This document shows, one piece after another, positions 24,499-37,703 of a DNA stretch of 38,420 nt. Both the position numbers and the translations under genes were made by a program. This stretch comes from Trypethelium eluteriae (taxonomy: Eukaryota). How positions within the stretch are numbered: position 1 is the first letter of the stretch; every line of letters starts with the position of its first letter. The stretch spans positions 1-38,420 of the forward strand of contig JAVECL010000186.1 in NCBI GenBank assembly GCA_051942245.1, given 5' to 3'. Under the pieces are notes generated by a model. The model saw only the letters and a list, made by a program, of their open reading frames with translations. It ran no database searches and was not told where the DNA came from.

Positions 24499-25173
24499 TC
24501 CAGCTTGAATGCCATCTTTGATGTCATTCATCTCCTTTCTTTCCTTTCACAATTGCACTCATTGCTTGTCTCCTCTTCTTTCTCCATTGGCATTTGTTGG
24601 GGGCATCCTGGGATATCTTTGTAAACGATTCGTCGAGCTCGCTCACCTCTCGATAGGCGTTTTTGTTTTTGTTTTTGTTTTTTTCTGTTTTTTTTCTTTT
24701 CTCAATTACGGGAGTTGGGCGCTGCTTTTTGTTTTCCATGTAATTATAGAAAATACCAAAAAAAGTTTGATAACATACTACTCTTCACATGGGGGTTTCC
24801 TCGCTCAATCACGACACACCGTGCATCGTTCAGTATAATAGCTATCATGAAGCGTGTGTTGCGAATAGTGCGAATACAACGCCAAAATTTTGAAGGTTAA
24901 CTCTCCGACAGGTAGCCTAATAAGGTTTGCTCTAGATGCGTTTACTGTATGTTCAAAATTTGTGAGGTCTTTTATTAAACTACGAAAATGCTGCGCTGGC
25001 ATGTATCTAAAAAAATTGCCAGCGGCCAATGTGGGCGCTGGGGGGCTTCTCAATTAATTTTTACATAAATACTATGGTGAGCTATGAAATTAAAGTATGT
25101 TAAGCTTCTCTTATAAAATACAATAATAGGTTATATTATTAGGGAAAATAACTAGTTATTTTAAATATACTTA

Positions 25174-25510
25174 AAAATTGTTTAAAGCAACCCCCAGCAG
25201 AATTGGGATAGATTATAGGTTTTACTGTAGTATAATAGATTTATTGTTTATTAATAGTTATTAATTATATAAGAAATATCTATTATATTAGTAAAAGCTA
25301 AGAATGATTTCTAAAAGGCTCTTAGCAGAATTGGGACTAATTATAAATTTTATAATAGCACAATTTATCTATTAATTACTAATATATATTAATTATACAA
25401 GAAATTTCTGTTGTATTACTTTAAGTTCTAGAATAATTTCCAGAAGGCCCCCATTAGAATTGGGGACAGATTATAGATTTTATAGTAGCATAACTTATCT
25501 GTTGGTTACT
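25174..25510. repeat. Degenerate ~129-bp tandem repeat (about 3 units)
   Basis: (C/T)AGAATTGGG...ATTATA anchors at 25198, 25326 and 25455 with alignable flanks. Confidence 0.65.
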
Positions 25511-26776
25511 TTTTACAAGTCTAAGTCTTGGTGATTTGGGTTTCTGTTTAGAAAGAAATTTTCGCTTGCTTTTAGGAAGCGGTGCACTATAGACTAGTCC
25601 ATATCTGGCAGTAGTAAGTATAAATACAAAAAAGGTCAAAAAAAACCTATAATAAACCCGACTGTATTTGTCTTAGTTACATGGTTTTTATAATATAACT
25701 CAAAATGAAATACCGTAAAAAAATAAAATGCTGTAAGAAAAAAACCTGTAAAAAAAGAGGACCTATAAGAAAAAAAAATTCATAGAAAAAAAGGATCTAT
25801 AAGAAAAAAGAATTTGTAAAAAAAAAATCTATAAAAAAGAAGGATTTATAAAAAGAAAAAATTTATAAAGAAAAAGAATTTATAATAAACCGCTTTATAC
25901 AGTAAAAAGCCCTGTGTAATAGAAAATTCTATAAAAACTTTGTTTTTAAAACAATTTAAACTTTATATGTGTATATGTTTTATTATTTTGCTGTTTTTAG
26001 AAGCTTTTAAAATCTTTTAGTTAAAAATTATATTAGTATTGCCGCTTTATCGCCTAATTTATAAAGAGCTTTTTTTTATTAATAAAACAAAACATTTTTA
26101 TTATAAATCCAATATAATATTTTTATTACTTTTAATAGTTATAAATTAGCAGTATTTAAGTTTTAAACCTATATTATTATATTAATAAGTTGTTATCAGT
26201 TTTATAACTGCTGTATAATAATAATTTATATAATATTATTATGCTAATTAGTATTTTTCAATTAAAAAAGAGTGATTTTAATTAATAGCAAAATATTACT
26301 ACACTTTTTATATAAATACTGTATTGTATTATTAATAATAATAAAAAAAAAACTCTTAATTTTTTAATAAGTTTATAAAAAATGTTTATATAATTTACTG
26401 TTTTTATTTAGCAATTTAAATTATTAACTGATTTTATTTTCTTTTTTTATACACTTTTTATTAAATTAGTTATATTTTAAAGCTTATAGCTTGTTTTATA
26501 TTATATAATTTTAATTTTATTAAAAATTTTATATTTATTTTTTTATATTTAATAAAAAAGAGTATTATTTATACATAGCTAATAAACCTCCGGTGGTTTG
26601 TATAAAGTATAACAGTAAATCAGCAGTGTTTATTAATTAAACAACAGTTTTAAAATAAATAAAATATTTTAATATAATTATTTAAAAAAGCTTTTAATAT
26701 TTTCAATTTTAGCAATATATCATAATATTTACTCTTCATTTTTATTATTCTGTTTATTTTAATATATACTGCTGTA

Positions 26777-28632
26777 GAGTCTGGACCCTAGATTTGATCG
26801 GACCCTAGATTTGATCGGTGAAAATCATACAACCACCTGCGCAATGCGTGCGCAACGCCTGCGCAAAGCCGGCGCTTCATCAAAATCGCTAGATAATATC
26901 TTAAATAATGGATTTTCTATCCAATCTAAGTTTTTATCTAATACAGCCTATTAATGTTAAAATCTTTTCCTTTTATACTTAGTATTTGCCTTTATTTTGT
27001 GGGCTATTTATAAGATATCCTTAATAAAATAGATTAAGACACCCTTTAATTAAACTTTTTTGCCTTTTTTTATTTTTTTTTGCTTCTTAAAAAGCTTAGC
27101 TTAATTAGCTAATTATTAATTTTAAAAAGTAATAATAATAAATAAGGTTTTATAAAGACTTATTATATAATCTGCATACTACTATACTAGCAACACAACT
27201 TTAGTATAATTACATAATGCTTATGCAAACTTTATATTTAATTAAGATAATGTAATTATTTTTAAAAGAGAGCTATAAAATAATAAAAAGTCTAAATTAA
27301 TTAGATTAAGTGGTGTATATAATTTTGCAGCAATTAAAGTAGCCTTATAAGGAAGCCCTTTAAGCACTTAATAGCAATTTGCAGGTATTAAGCTAGCTCC
27401 TTATTAGCCTGCAAGAATATTCTTACTTATAACTGCTTTCGCCTAAGCTGTTGTAAGTAATTTAACCTATTCTGCGCAAGGGATTTATTATAAGCTTAGC
27501 TGGCTAAGCACATATAACTTATAGCTATACTGTAATTTAAATAACAAAAATACTCCCATATTAAGCAGCTATAAAAAATAAGAATAATAAAAAGGCATAA
27601 TTATAAAATTAATATTATTCTTTATACAATGCGCAATAAAGTCTGCTTTAATATAGCTGTTATGCCCATTAGCAATTAATAAACGCCAGCAACCTGCAGC
27701 CTTTTTGCGTGTTTAAGAATTAAAAACTTTAATTAATTATTATAATTTAATATTATTTAATATCCAGCTATTTTAGCTGGTAGTAAAAAATTAATTATAA
27801 GGTGTCTGCTTTAAAATCTATTGGGTATTTATGTGGTCACCTTTAAATACCAGGAGAGGCGCAAGCAATTTGCCGGCAGCGCTAATATACTTAATATTAA
27901 TTACCTAATCCTGCTTATTAAGTACAACCTTCTTTTTTTTAACATTATTAAGGTGAATAAGAATTATTATTATCTGCTTTTTTTTAATACTAAAACCTAA
28001 CTTATTTATGTTATACATATCTAAAAAATAATATTTATGCTCTGCTACTTATAAAGCAATTATGTTAAATTAGTATTTTACATACTTATAGGTTGCGCCT
28101 TTATATTAAGAGTATTCTAGCTATTAGGCTAAAATTGTTCATATCTTTAGATGTTGTTTTTTAAAGTGTTAAATCCATTTATTATTAATAGGAGGGTATT
28201 CCATATAGGCGGTTATTCTGCAAGACGCGTGTAAGATGTGTACAACACGCACCTTATAAGTAAAATTTTTTAATATTAAATAAGTAATGGGTATTCCAGT
28301 TATTATATATTATTTAATTTATTGTATAAAAGTTAATTTTTCTGCGTTTATAAAAAGCTGCTGCATCTTATAACTTATAGCTTATGTATTGCTTACGCGA
28401 TGCCTGCGCATAAGAGTTAAATGCAATACTTTAAACTAGTAAGCAGCTGCCTAAATAAATAAAATCTCTTAATTTTTAAGTGTAAGTAAGGCCTTTTAAA
28501 GTTAAATTTTATAATCTAAGAGTTCTTAAATAGATTTTTTCAGCATTATTAGAAATAATACGTGTTGCATACAAAAAGCATGGTACGCAACCGATCAAAG
28601 CTGGGGTCTGATCAAAGCTAGGGTCTAGACTC
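26777..28632 (-). mobile_element. pogo/Fot1-type DNA transposon (family 2), copy 2, 1856 bp
   Basis: Same TIRs and TA flanks; colinear with 17774-19630 in the same orientation, differing mainly by transitions. Confidence 0.93.
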
Positions 28633-30606
28633 TATGTAAAATTATATTTAATAATATTGTTTTTAGCTTTTTTCTTTTTTACTACTGTTTTATATTAGCT
28701 TATTTTTAACCAACTTTATATCTGAAATGTTATTAGAATAATATCTTTAAAAACTCTTTATAAAACAATTTAACAGTTATATATTAGTAATTATAATTAT
28801 TAAAATAAAGTGTTTAACAGTCTATTTTATAAAATATAATTGTTTATCTTTAAAACTAATAATTAGTTTTATTATATATAACTAGTTACTAATTTTTCTG
28901 GCTATAAACTGTACAGCAGATTATCTAATTTATTATTATCACTACTTTTATAATTTTTTTTAATTGTTAAGCTGTTTTCTTATCTACTTTCAATTTTAAT
29001 ATTGTTATAATTAACTTAAAACATATTTTATAGCTGTAAAAAATAGTTATGTTATATTCTGCTGTAATAACAACAAGTTTAGAAAATAAAATAAAAAGTA
29101 AAATGCTTTTAATAAATAGTACAGCTTTAATATTAATATTAACTTCTAAATTATAAAGTTAGCAGATATTAGTTATATTAAAAGTTGATAGTTTTAATAT
29201 TATTATTAAAAAAGTAGCTATTAAAATTACTAATATAAACTTTAAAACCGTGGTTTTACAGTTATATAAAATTATAATTTAAATTAAGCTAAAAAATAAA
29301 ATCTATTATTTAAACAAAAGAACTGTTTTACAGTTTATTAGAAAAAAAATATATTTAAAATCTGGCTAAACTTTAATAAAAAGCAAATTAAACAGAAATA
29401 TAAAGTTATATAAATATACAGATGTAATAAAACGGAATATTTAATATTTATACTAAGAAAAATATTTATTAATAAAATAAAGGATTTATAACATTTAAAA
29501 AAAGCTGATGAATAATAATATTAGCTACTAATTTATTTATTACAGCTTGTTTAAAACCCGGATATAATTTATATATAATCTGCTTTACTAATTATCAACT
29601 TGTTCAATAAATAATACCAGTAAAATATCCGCTCGGACTGTGTATATTACAATTCTTTTTAAACATTTTAGACAGACTTTTGTTGTAAAAGTATTTAAGA
29701 CTATATTATTATTGTGTAAAAATAAATAATTTATCTATATCTGACTGTTAAGTTTAAAAAGAATAAAAAAACTTTTAATATAGTCTAATATTAAATTACT
29801 GTTGCTTTAATTATAACTTTTTATAACCGCTATTATTTAAAAAATAAAACACTTTAAAAAAGTAAAAAAAAGTGGTTAAAACAGAATAAAAACTAAATAT
29901 GTTATTATAATATTATATTTACTAAATTTATCTGGATATTATAATATACTGTGTTAAAAAAGTTTAAAATCTGGACTAAAAATATAATATATATAATATA
30001 TACTTTAAAAACTGCTGTACTTTATATAATATTAAATAATTAGTTATAATAATTAATAATATTTATTACTAAGAGTTAAAAATTTATAAAATATTTTATA
30101 AAAATAATATTGTTGTTTAAATTTATTCTGACCTAAATTTAAAAAACAGTAAAGTTATATTATTAAAAAAGCTATAAAATAGAATCTTAATATTATCATA
30201 TAGCTGAATATTATATTATATTATATTTTTTAATATTATTTTGTAAAATATATATATAATATAAAATAAGTCTTTTTGGATTTTGTAAGCTTTGATATAT
30301 AATATTACTTTAGACAATTTTATTTATTAAGAAATTTAAAAAACTTGGTAATTCTGGTGTTATTTTTTATAATTATTTAATAAATAAAATAGATCTAATA
30401 TAATTAAGCTAATATAATCTAACAAATATTTAAAACACTTTTAAGTTTTTTTTAAATATGATAAAAAGCCATTTAATTTTAAAAAACTAGCAGCAGGTTA
30501 TGAAATATAAAAAGTGTAATTAATAAAAGAATAAAAAACCCGGTTTTATTTTTTTATATATTTATAATTTTTTGTATTTTTATTATTACATCTTTGTTAT
30601 TAAAAG

Positions 30607-31088
30607 TGTTATGAGCCTATACCCCTGGTACAAGCACAGCTTGTAGCAGGTACGTAGAATGGTCTCAGAGTTTTTCACGTAAGAGCGGAGTGTCAAGGAT
30701 CCGGGGTGTAAGAAGGTCATTAAGCTTTGAACAACTTGTAAGGAATAAGGACTTGTTCAATTTGGCTTGTTATTAACTGTAAGGTACAGTATTGTATAAT
30801 AATAAAACGCAAGGAGGAACAAACGAGAATGCGCCTGGAGTCAGGCTCCTTAAATATCCACTGATCCTCCACTACAGCTTTCCTTCTCGCTGGTCTTGCA
30901 GCGAGGAGGATGAGATGTTATCTCGCTTCCCGCGAGGTAAGATTTTGCTTATCTCGCTGCGAGATGGTCGAGGTGTCTGTGCTGCATCCTCACCACTTAT
31001 GTTGCGGAACGCGCCTAGTGTTACGCGATTGGTGCACTACAAGTAGTGACTACCTCCGACGCGTCCTTGGTCAGGAGCGTTCGTAACA
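30607..31088 (-). repeat. Solo LTR, type B (482 bp), TSD AAAAG
   Basis: TGTTATGAGCC...GTTCGTAACA flanked by AAAAG at 30602-30606 and 31089-31093. Confidence 0.95.
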
Positions 31089-33444
31089 AAAAGCCTTTTA
31101 TATTTTTAGCATCATACTATTTTCCATCTATTTTTTATATATTTATGCTATTAAAATTATTACTTTTTACTTATTTTTCACAGTTTATATTTTGCTTATT
31201 TATACTATTTTAGTTATTAGCTTTGATGTATTTGTTTTTATTATAGTATTTTTACACTTCCGACTCTATATATTCTTGTTTATAATAACTTTCTTTACTT
31301 TTTTCACTGTTTTTTTTAAGCTTTTTTTTTTAGCCTTTTTATTTTTTTTACAGCTTTTTTTATTATATAATCTGCTTTTATATTCTTTAAAGTTTTTAAA
31401 GTTTATTACTTTTATTTTTTCTAATTTTACAGATTTGATTAATTAGTAGACTTTATTTTTATTTATTAATTTTAATTAAAAATCTATTATGTTGCTAAAA
31501 AATAACATGTTTAATAAAGAACAGTTAGATAGTATTTATATGTTTTTTTTATTAAAGCCTTTTTTTGTACAATCTATTTATTTTATTATTTTAAAATATA
31601 TTTAATTATATTTAATAAAATAACAAAAGCTTTTAATAACACTGATATTATAAATATTTATAATATTTGATTTTAAGAACAGAAAACTATTATAATATTA
31701 TTACAACTTTAAGTAATTATATTAATTATAAATTTTAGAATATTATTAAATATTTAATCTAAATTAAAAAAGTAAAAGCTGGTTTTAATCTATTTAGCTT
31801 GTATATTTTTAAATATAAACATGCTTTTTTTTTATAAAGCTGTATAACATAGGTAAAATACTTTTTGTTTATTATTTTTATATATTCTTACTTTAATTGT
31901 TTAATCTAATTATGGTAGACCTTTTTTAATAAGCTAAATACTAAAATGTTATAAGACTAAAGCTTTTAAAAAATGTAAAAAAAGAGATAATATAAAATAA
32001 TATTATTTTAAAAATAAAACTTTAAAATTTTAATATTTTTATATGTTTTAAACCTGTTATAAATTAGTATTTATAATTTTTAGTTGGTATAATTTTTAAT
32101 TTATAATTTAAATATAAGCTTAAACTATTATAAACTGATATAAAAGTTAATATATTTATTATTAAAATATATATAATATTATTTAAAAGTAAAATATATA
32201 ATCTAATTTGCTTAATATTTTATAACTGACCAGATTATTATAAAGTTTAAATATTTATTATCAGTATCTATATATTTTATAATTTTAATTATTACCTTTA
32301 AAAATAATAACTTTAACACTGTTAAATTTGGAAAGTATAATATCAGTTTTGTTTATATTATATATATTTTTTTAGAGTATAATTTAATTTTGTAATATTT
32401 TTTTAATTATTTTAAATTAGTGTATTATTTTATTATAAATATTATAACAGATTTAATTAAATACTTTATTTTTATTTATTATAAATATTAAACAGCGTTT
32501 AAAAAATAAATAAAGCTAATTTTGTTTAAAAGATTTATTTAATTTATTTAATAAAAATTGCTAATAAGTAAAATTAAAAGCTATTAAATAAATATACTTT
32601 TTTTAAATAAAGTATTTAAAAAAATTCTGTTTTATTAAAAAATTAACAAATACTTTTTTTTTATAAATATAAATACTGTTAGCTTTAATCTTTTTCTTTT
32701 TTTAATTATCAGTTTAATATATAATAATTAAAAGTAAAAAAAGAAACTTTATTATATTCTGTTTAAACAGTAAAAATATTAGTTACATTTTCTAATAAAC
32801 TTTAAACTAATACTTAACTGGTTTTATTTATAACCAATAATAATTAATAATAATTGATAAAAAGAAAATATTATAAAGCGGCTGTTTTAAATAACTAAAT
32901 TATAAAAGTTTTTAAAATCTTTTGTAGTATGTTATAATACTATTTTTATAAACACTTTAATATTAATATTAAATAATAATAATATATAATATAATAACAA
33001 TAATATATAATATAATAATAATAATATATAATTATATAATTAGCTAATATAATAAAACATTGTATTATATTTAAAAAAGTTAAACTTTTTTTATTTAGCT
33101 CAGCAAAAATATAAATCCTTTATATTTATGTATTTTTAAAATTTAAAAATATACACTTTATTAATTAGATTATTACTTTAAAATTCTAAAAGCTAAAAAT
33201 ATAAAAATAGCTATAATTGAATACAAAAGTGTATTTAAAGTAATTTAAAATAATATAAATAAAATAATTAACAGTATAATTAAAACAGCTAAATTTTTCT
33301 AATATAAAACAGTGTTTTATTAAAAAATAGGTTATAAATAATATATTATTAACTAAGATTTTATTAATTTATATAAAAAAACTTAAAGTATTTAAATTAT
33401 AAATCCATTTTACTGTATAAAGTTTTTTATTATATAAAACAGTC

Positions 33445-33927
33445 TGTTACGAACGCTCCTGACCAAGGACGCGTCGGAGGTAGTCACTACTTGTAGTGCA
33501 CCAATCGCGTAACACTAAGCGCATCTCGCAATAGGAGTGGTGAGGATGCGGCATAAACACCTTAACCATCTTACTGCAAGATGAGCGAGATCTCACCTCA
33601 CGGGAAGTAAAATAATATCTCGCCCTCCTTACTGCAAGACCAGCAAGAAGGAAAGCTGTAATGGAGGATTAATAGATATTTAAGAAGCCTAACTTTAGGC
33701 GCATTTTTGTTTATTCCTCCTTGCGTTTTATTATTATATAATATTATACCTTATAGTTAGTTATAAGCTAATTAAATAAACCCTTATTTATTACAAGTTA
33801 TTTAAAGCTTAATAACCTTTTTATATATATTAGATCCTTAACACTCCGCTTTTACATAAAAAACCCTAAAACTATTTTATATACCTGCTATAAGCTGCGC
33901 TTATATTAAGGGTATAAGCTTATAATA
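33445..33927 (+). repeat. 5' LTR, type B (~483 bp)
   Basis: TGTTACGAAC...GCTTATAATA (RIPed GCTCATAACA); inverted match to 30607-31088. Confidence 0.92.
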
Positions 33928-36900
33928 TAATAAAACACCCTTAAGGATAAGTTAATTAGGATCTACTTTATAGCCGGAATCCCGCATTAAAGCCTTATTA
34001 AAAAAAGGCAAAATTGGATAACCTAATAAGTACTTTAAGGACAGAAGTAAGCTAAAAGAATAATTATGCTAAATCCAACTTTACTTCTTATTTAAAAGAA
34101 TTCTAAAAGGATAATAAGCTTTAATAGCCTTATTATACATAAGAGGATAAGTATAATACTGGGTTAAATTAAAGTTAACTTTATATTTTAATAATTAAGA
34201 AAACCTAAATAATTTTTTTTATAAAATTTTCTTAATTTAAAAAAAAGCTTAAATAAATTTTTAGAATTTTTAATAAAGTTAAGATAATAAAAAGAGCAGT
34301 TTAAAAAATAATATAAAAAACTTTAGCAGTAGAGTATGCAGTAAAGTTTTAAGAATACTCTAATATACTAAAATAGAATAATAAAGTACTGCAACCCATA
34401 TACTAAAAAGGACTTAAAAATAATATAAAGGATAAGCTAATACGCTATAGCAGCGCTATTAATATATTATAAGAACTTATAAGTGCCTTTATTAAACTAA
34501 ATAACAAGCTTTATACAAAATAAATAAATAAGAAATTAGCTATGTATATTCCAGCAGGATAAATTAAAGGATATATCCAATCTAATAATAATAAACTAAT
34601 AAAAGGAGTTTAATACTTTAATCTTACATAAAGTAAGAAAATAAAAAATGCCCAAACCAAAAAAAAATATTATGCATGTGGAAAGATTAAATATATAACA
34701 AAAAGCTGCCAATCCAAGAATAAGGTGGATCATAAAAAAGAATTTAATATGGCCACCTAAGTCCACCTAAGAAAAGATAAAACTCTTATTAATAAACTAA
34801 TAAGTAATAATAATACTAAGAAATTAGATATGTTCCAGTATCAGACATTTAATAATAAATTAAAAGCAGAGAAAGAAAACACTTTATGGGAGGAGATTAC
34901 TAACCCTGCGGATAGCCAAAAGGACTTAAAGTTACCCACATATAAAATTAAAGGAGAAGAAGCGACTTAAAAAAGATATAAAGTTTACGCGCATCTAATA
35001 TCCAATAATAAGAACCACCCCAACTATAAGTTATTAGGATAATGTAGGTTGCAGAACTGCAAAATACATCCAGTTTACATAAGGGTAAAACCAGAACTCC
35101 TAATAATAATATAAGGACAAAAATAAAGAAACTTCCAGTACTAAAAGGAAGTCTATAAAATCTCACAATATTTTAATTATAATTAAATAATTAAATAGGA
35201 AGAATGCTAAAATAATAATTATTAAGAACATCAGTGGGCAAGAAATTAATAAGAAAAAAAGCTTAAACATAAATAATAATACTTTACTGCCTATAGTAAT
35301 TTAAACTGCTAATATTATTAAGGATAGGAAGGAGAATACACCGGACTTAATAAAAGGTTTTATAAAGACCATAAAACTTGCCCATATTATAGACTAAATA
35401 ACCCCAGATAAGGAGGGATTTAAATAAAATAAGGATTGGCACCTAAAAATACATATAGCTTATAATTATGCAAAATAGCAAACTGGATGTTATATGTTAA
35501 TATTATGTGTTATAAATACTATTAAAAATAAGTAAATTATTATACAAAATATTAATGCAATAACTTAAACTGCTATAAATATCGCCTAAATTATAAAAAA
35601 ATAAAAACTAAATAGCAAGCATGTTATAGGACTTTTAGGGATATAATATTGCAGAAGGGAAAAGCTATAAATTCTTTATAAAGGGGAGATAAAAAAATTA
35701 TAATATAACATCCCTAAGAATTATAAATCCAATAATTAGAATTTTATTTAAAATTTAAAATTTAAAATTAGGAGGTTGGAGTAATTATTAATTATGGCGT
35801 AATTATTATAAGAATTATAATAAGAATTATTAAAAAAATTAAACTTAATATTAGGGTAAAATAAAAGTTATACAACTTATATAAAGTTACTGGATTATAA
35901 CTTATAGGATAAAGAAAGGTGGATATTAAAATTAAACTTATTTTTATAACAACTTAAGGGCATATTAAGGAAATATAACTAAATATTATAAACTTAATTA
36001 AGCATAAAATTATACTTAAATTATTATAATTAAGAACTTATAACCTAAATATTAATTAAGAAATAAGAGAAATTATATTTAAAAGATGTGGACATAACAT
36101 TACATAAAACCCTAAAAAAGCAGCAAATTGCTTTAAGGATAAAATAAATAACTATAATATGGCCTTAATAATAATAAATAAGGATAACCAAAATAACATT
36201 AAGTCCAGCGCGTTTAATACTTTAATAAGGGTAAAAGATCAACCTAGGGAAAGCGCAGAGTGTAAAAATACTAAATTTATAATAATTCCTCTTAAATATA
36301 AGAAGTATTTACCACTCTTTAAAAAAGGGAGGGCAGAAAAAGCCTTACCTCCATATTAATTATAGGATTATAAAATTAAACTTAAGCTAAAAAAGCAACC
36401 TATATTTAGACCCTTATATCCTTAATTATAAAGGGAATTAAAAATGCTTTAAGAATAGCTAAAAAAGAACCTAAAAAAAGGGGTTATTTAAAATTTAGAG
36501 TTTTTAATAAGATATTTAATACTTTTTGTCCCCAAAAAGAATAAAAAACTGCAATTATGTATTAATTATTAAAAATTTAATGCTATTATAATTAAAAATA
36601 GGTATTTATTACTTAATGCAGTAAAGCTAAAAAACCGCTTAACCGGAGCAAAGTAGCTTACATTATTAAACTAAAGAGATGCTTATAATTTTATCCGCAT
36701 AAAAAAAGGTGAGGAATAAAAAACTACTTTTAGAATAAGATATAAACTATTTAAATCCTTAGTAATATTATTTAGATTAATAAAAATACTTACAACCTGT
36801 TAAGAATAAATTAATAATATATTATAATTATATTTAAACATCTTTATAATTATATATCTTAATAATATATTAATCTATTCTAAGATAAAGGAAGAATATA

Positions 36901-37229
36901 TAAAATATATAAAGATAGTATTAGAATACTTAAAGGAAAGGAATCTTAAATTATTACTAAAAAAGTAATATCTTTTATTAAGAATAAGTTATATTTTTAA
37001 AGTATGTGATAAAAAAGGATTAAATTTAAATAAAGCCAGAAAAGGTATAATTAATTTTAATATAGCTAAAGCTAATAAATATTAAGGGGGTTTAAAGTTT
37101 TTTAAAATTTATAAATTTTAATTAATAATTTATCCTTAAATACTTTAAAAAAGCAAAACTGCTTATAGACCTTATTAAGGGTAAGTAATTATTTAAATAA
37201 GAATAGCTATAAAAAAAAGCCTTTAAAAT

Positions 37230-37703
37230 TGTTATGAGCCTATACCCCCTGGTACAAGCGCGGCTTGTAGCAGGTACGTAGAAGGGTCTCAGGGTTTTTT
37301 CACGTAGGAGCGGAGTGTTAAGGATCCAGTAATGTAAGAAGGGTTACTAAGCTTTGAACAACTTGGATGATGAATAAGGTCTTATTTAATTGGGCTTATA
37401 ACTAACTGTGGGTACAGTATGGTAAATAAAACGCAAGGAGACCTTAGCCAGAGGGTGATACAATGCTCATACTTATACCCATAACTTTTGTGGCCTGCTT
37501 AGTATTCTCCTTGTTACGCTCACACCTAAGCGATGGCGCTTAGTACTGAGCGTTGCTGCTCAGTACTAAGCGTCGCTGCTCAGTACTGATCACTCTAGGC
37601 TACCACTGATTATTCGGTTAAACTCCGGTTTCTTACCCTTGTTATGTACGGTGTTTCGTGCCGCTGACCCCGCCACTCCTTCATAGTGGACACGTTCATA
37701 ACA
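37230..37703 (-). repeat. Solo LTR, type C (474 bp), TSD AAAAT, inserted in the Gypsy pol
   Basis: TGTTATGAGCC...GTTCATAACA flanked by AAAAT at 37225-37229 and 37704-37708; pol sequence resumes on the other side. Confidence 0.95.

Larger units (their letters stand above)
25050..33444. mobile_element. Unidentified, extremely RIP-degraded repeat region hosting later insertions
   Basis: Very AT-rich with no readable ORF or motif; interrupted by a pogo (26777), a solo LTR (30607) and a Gypsy (33445). Family not recognised. Confidence 0.5.

Noticed and set aside
24509..25053. ORFs downstream of MAT1-2-1 as extra MAT genes
   Set aside because: Low-complexity T-rich 3' UTR/terminator sequence with no alpha-box or other motif.
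20608..36359. ORFs at 20608, 25454, 30792, 31192, 34948 and 36159
   Set aside because: They lie within RIPed TEs or an LTR; chance frames or short pol remnants.
37526..37589. CRISPR-like palindromic repeats
   Set aside because: No spacers, eukaryotic context, and located inside an LTR.
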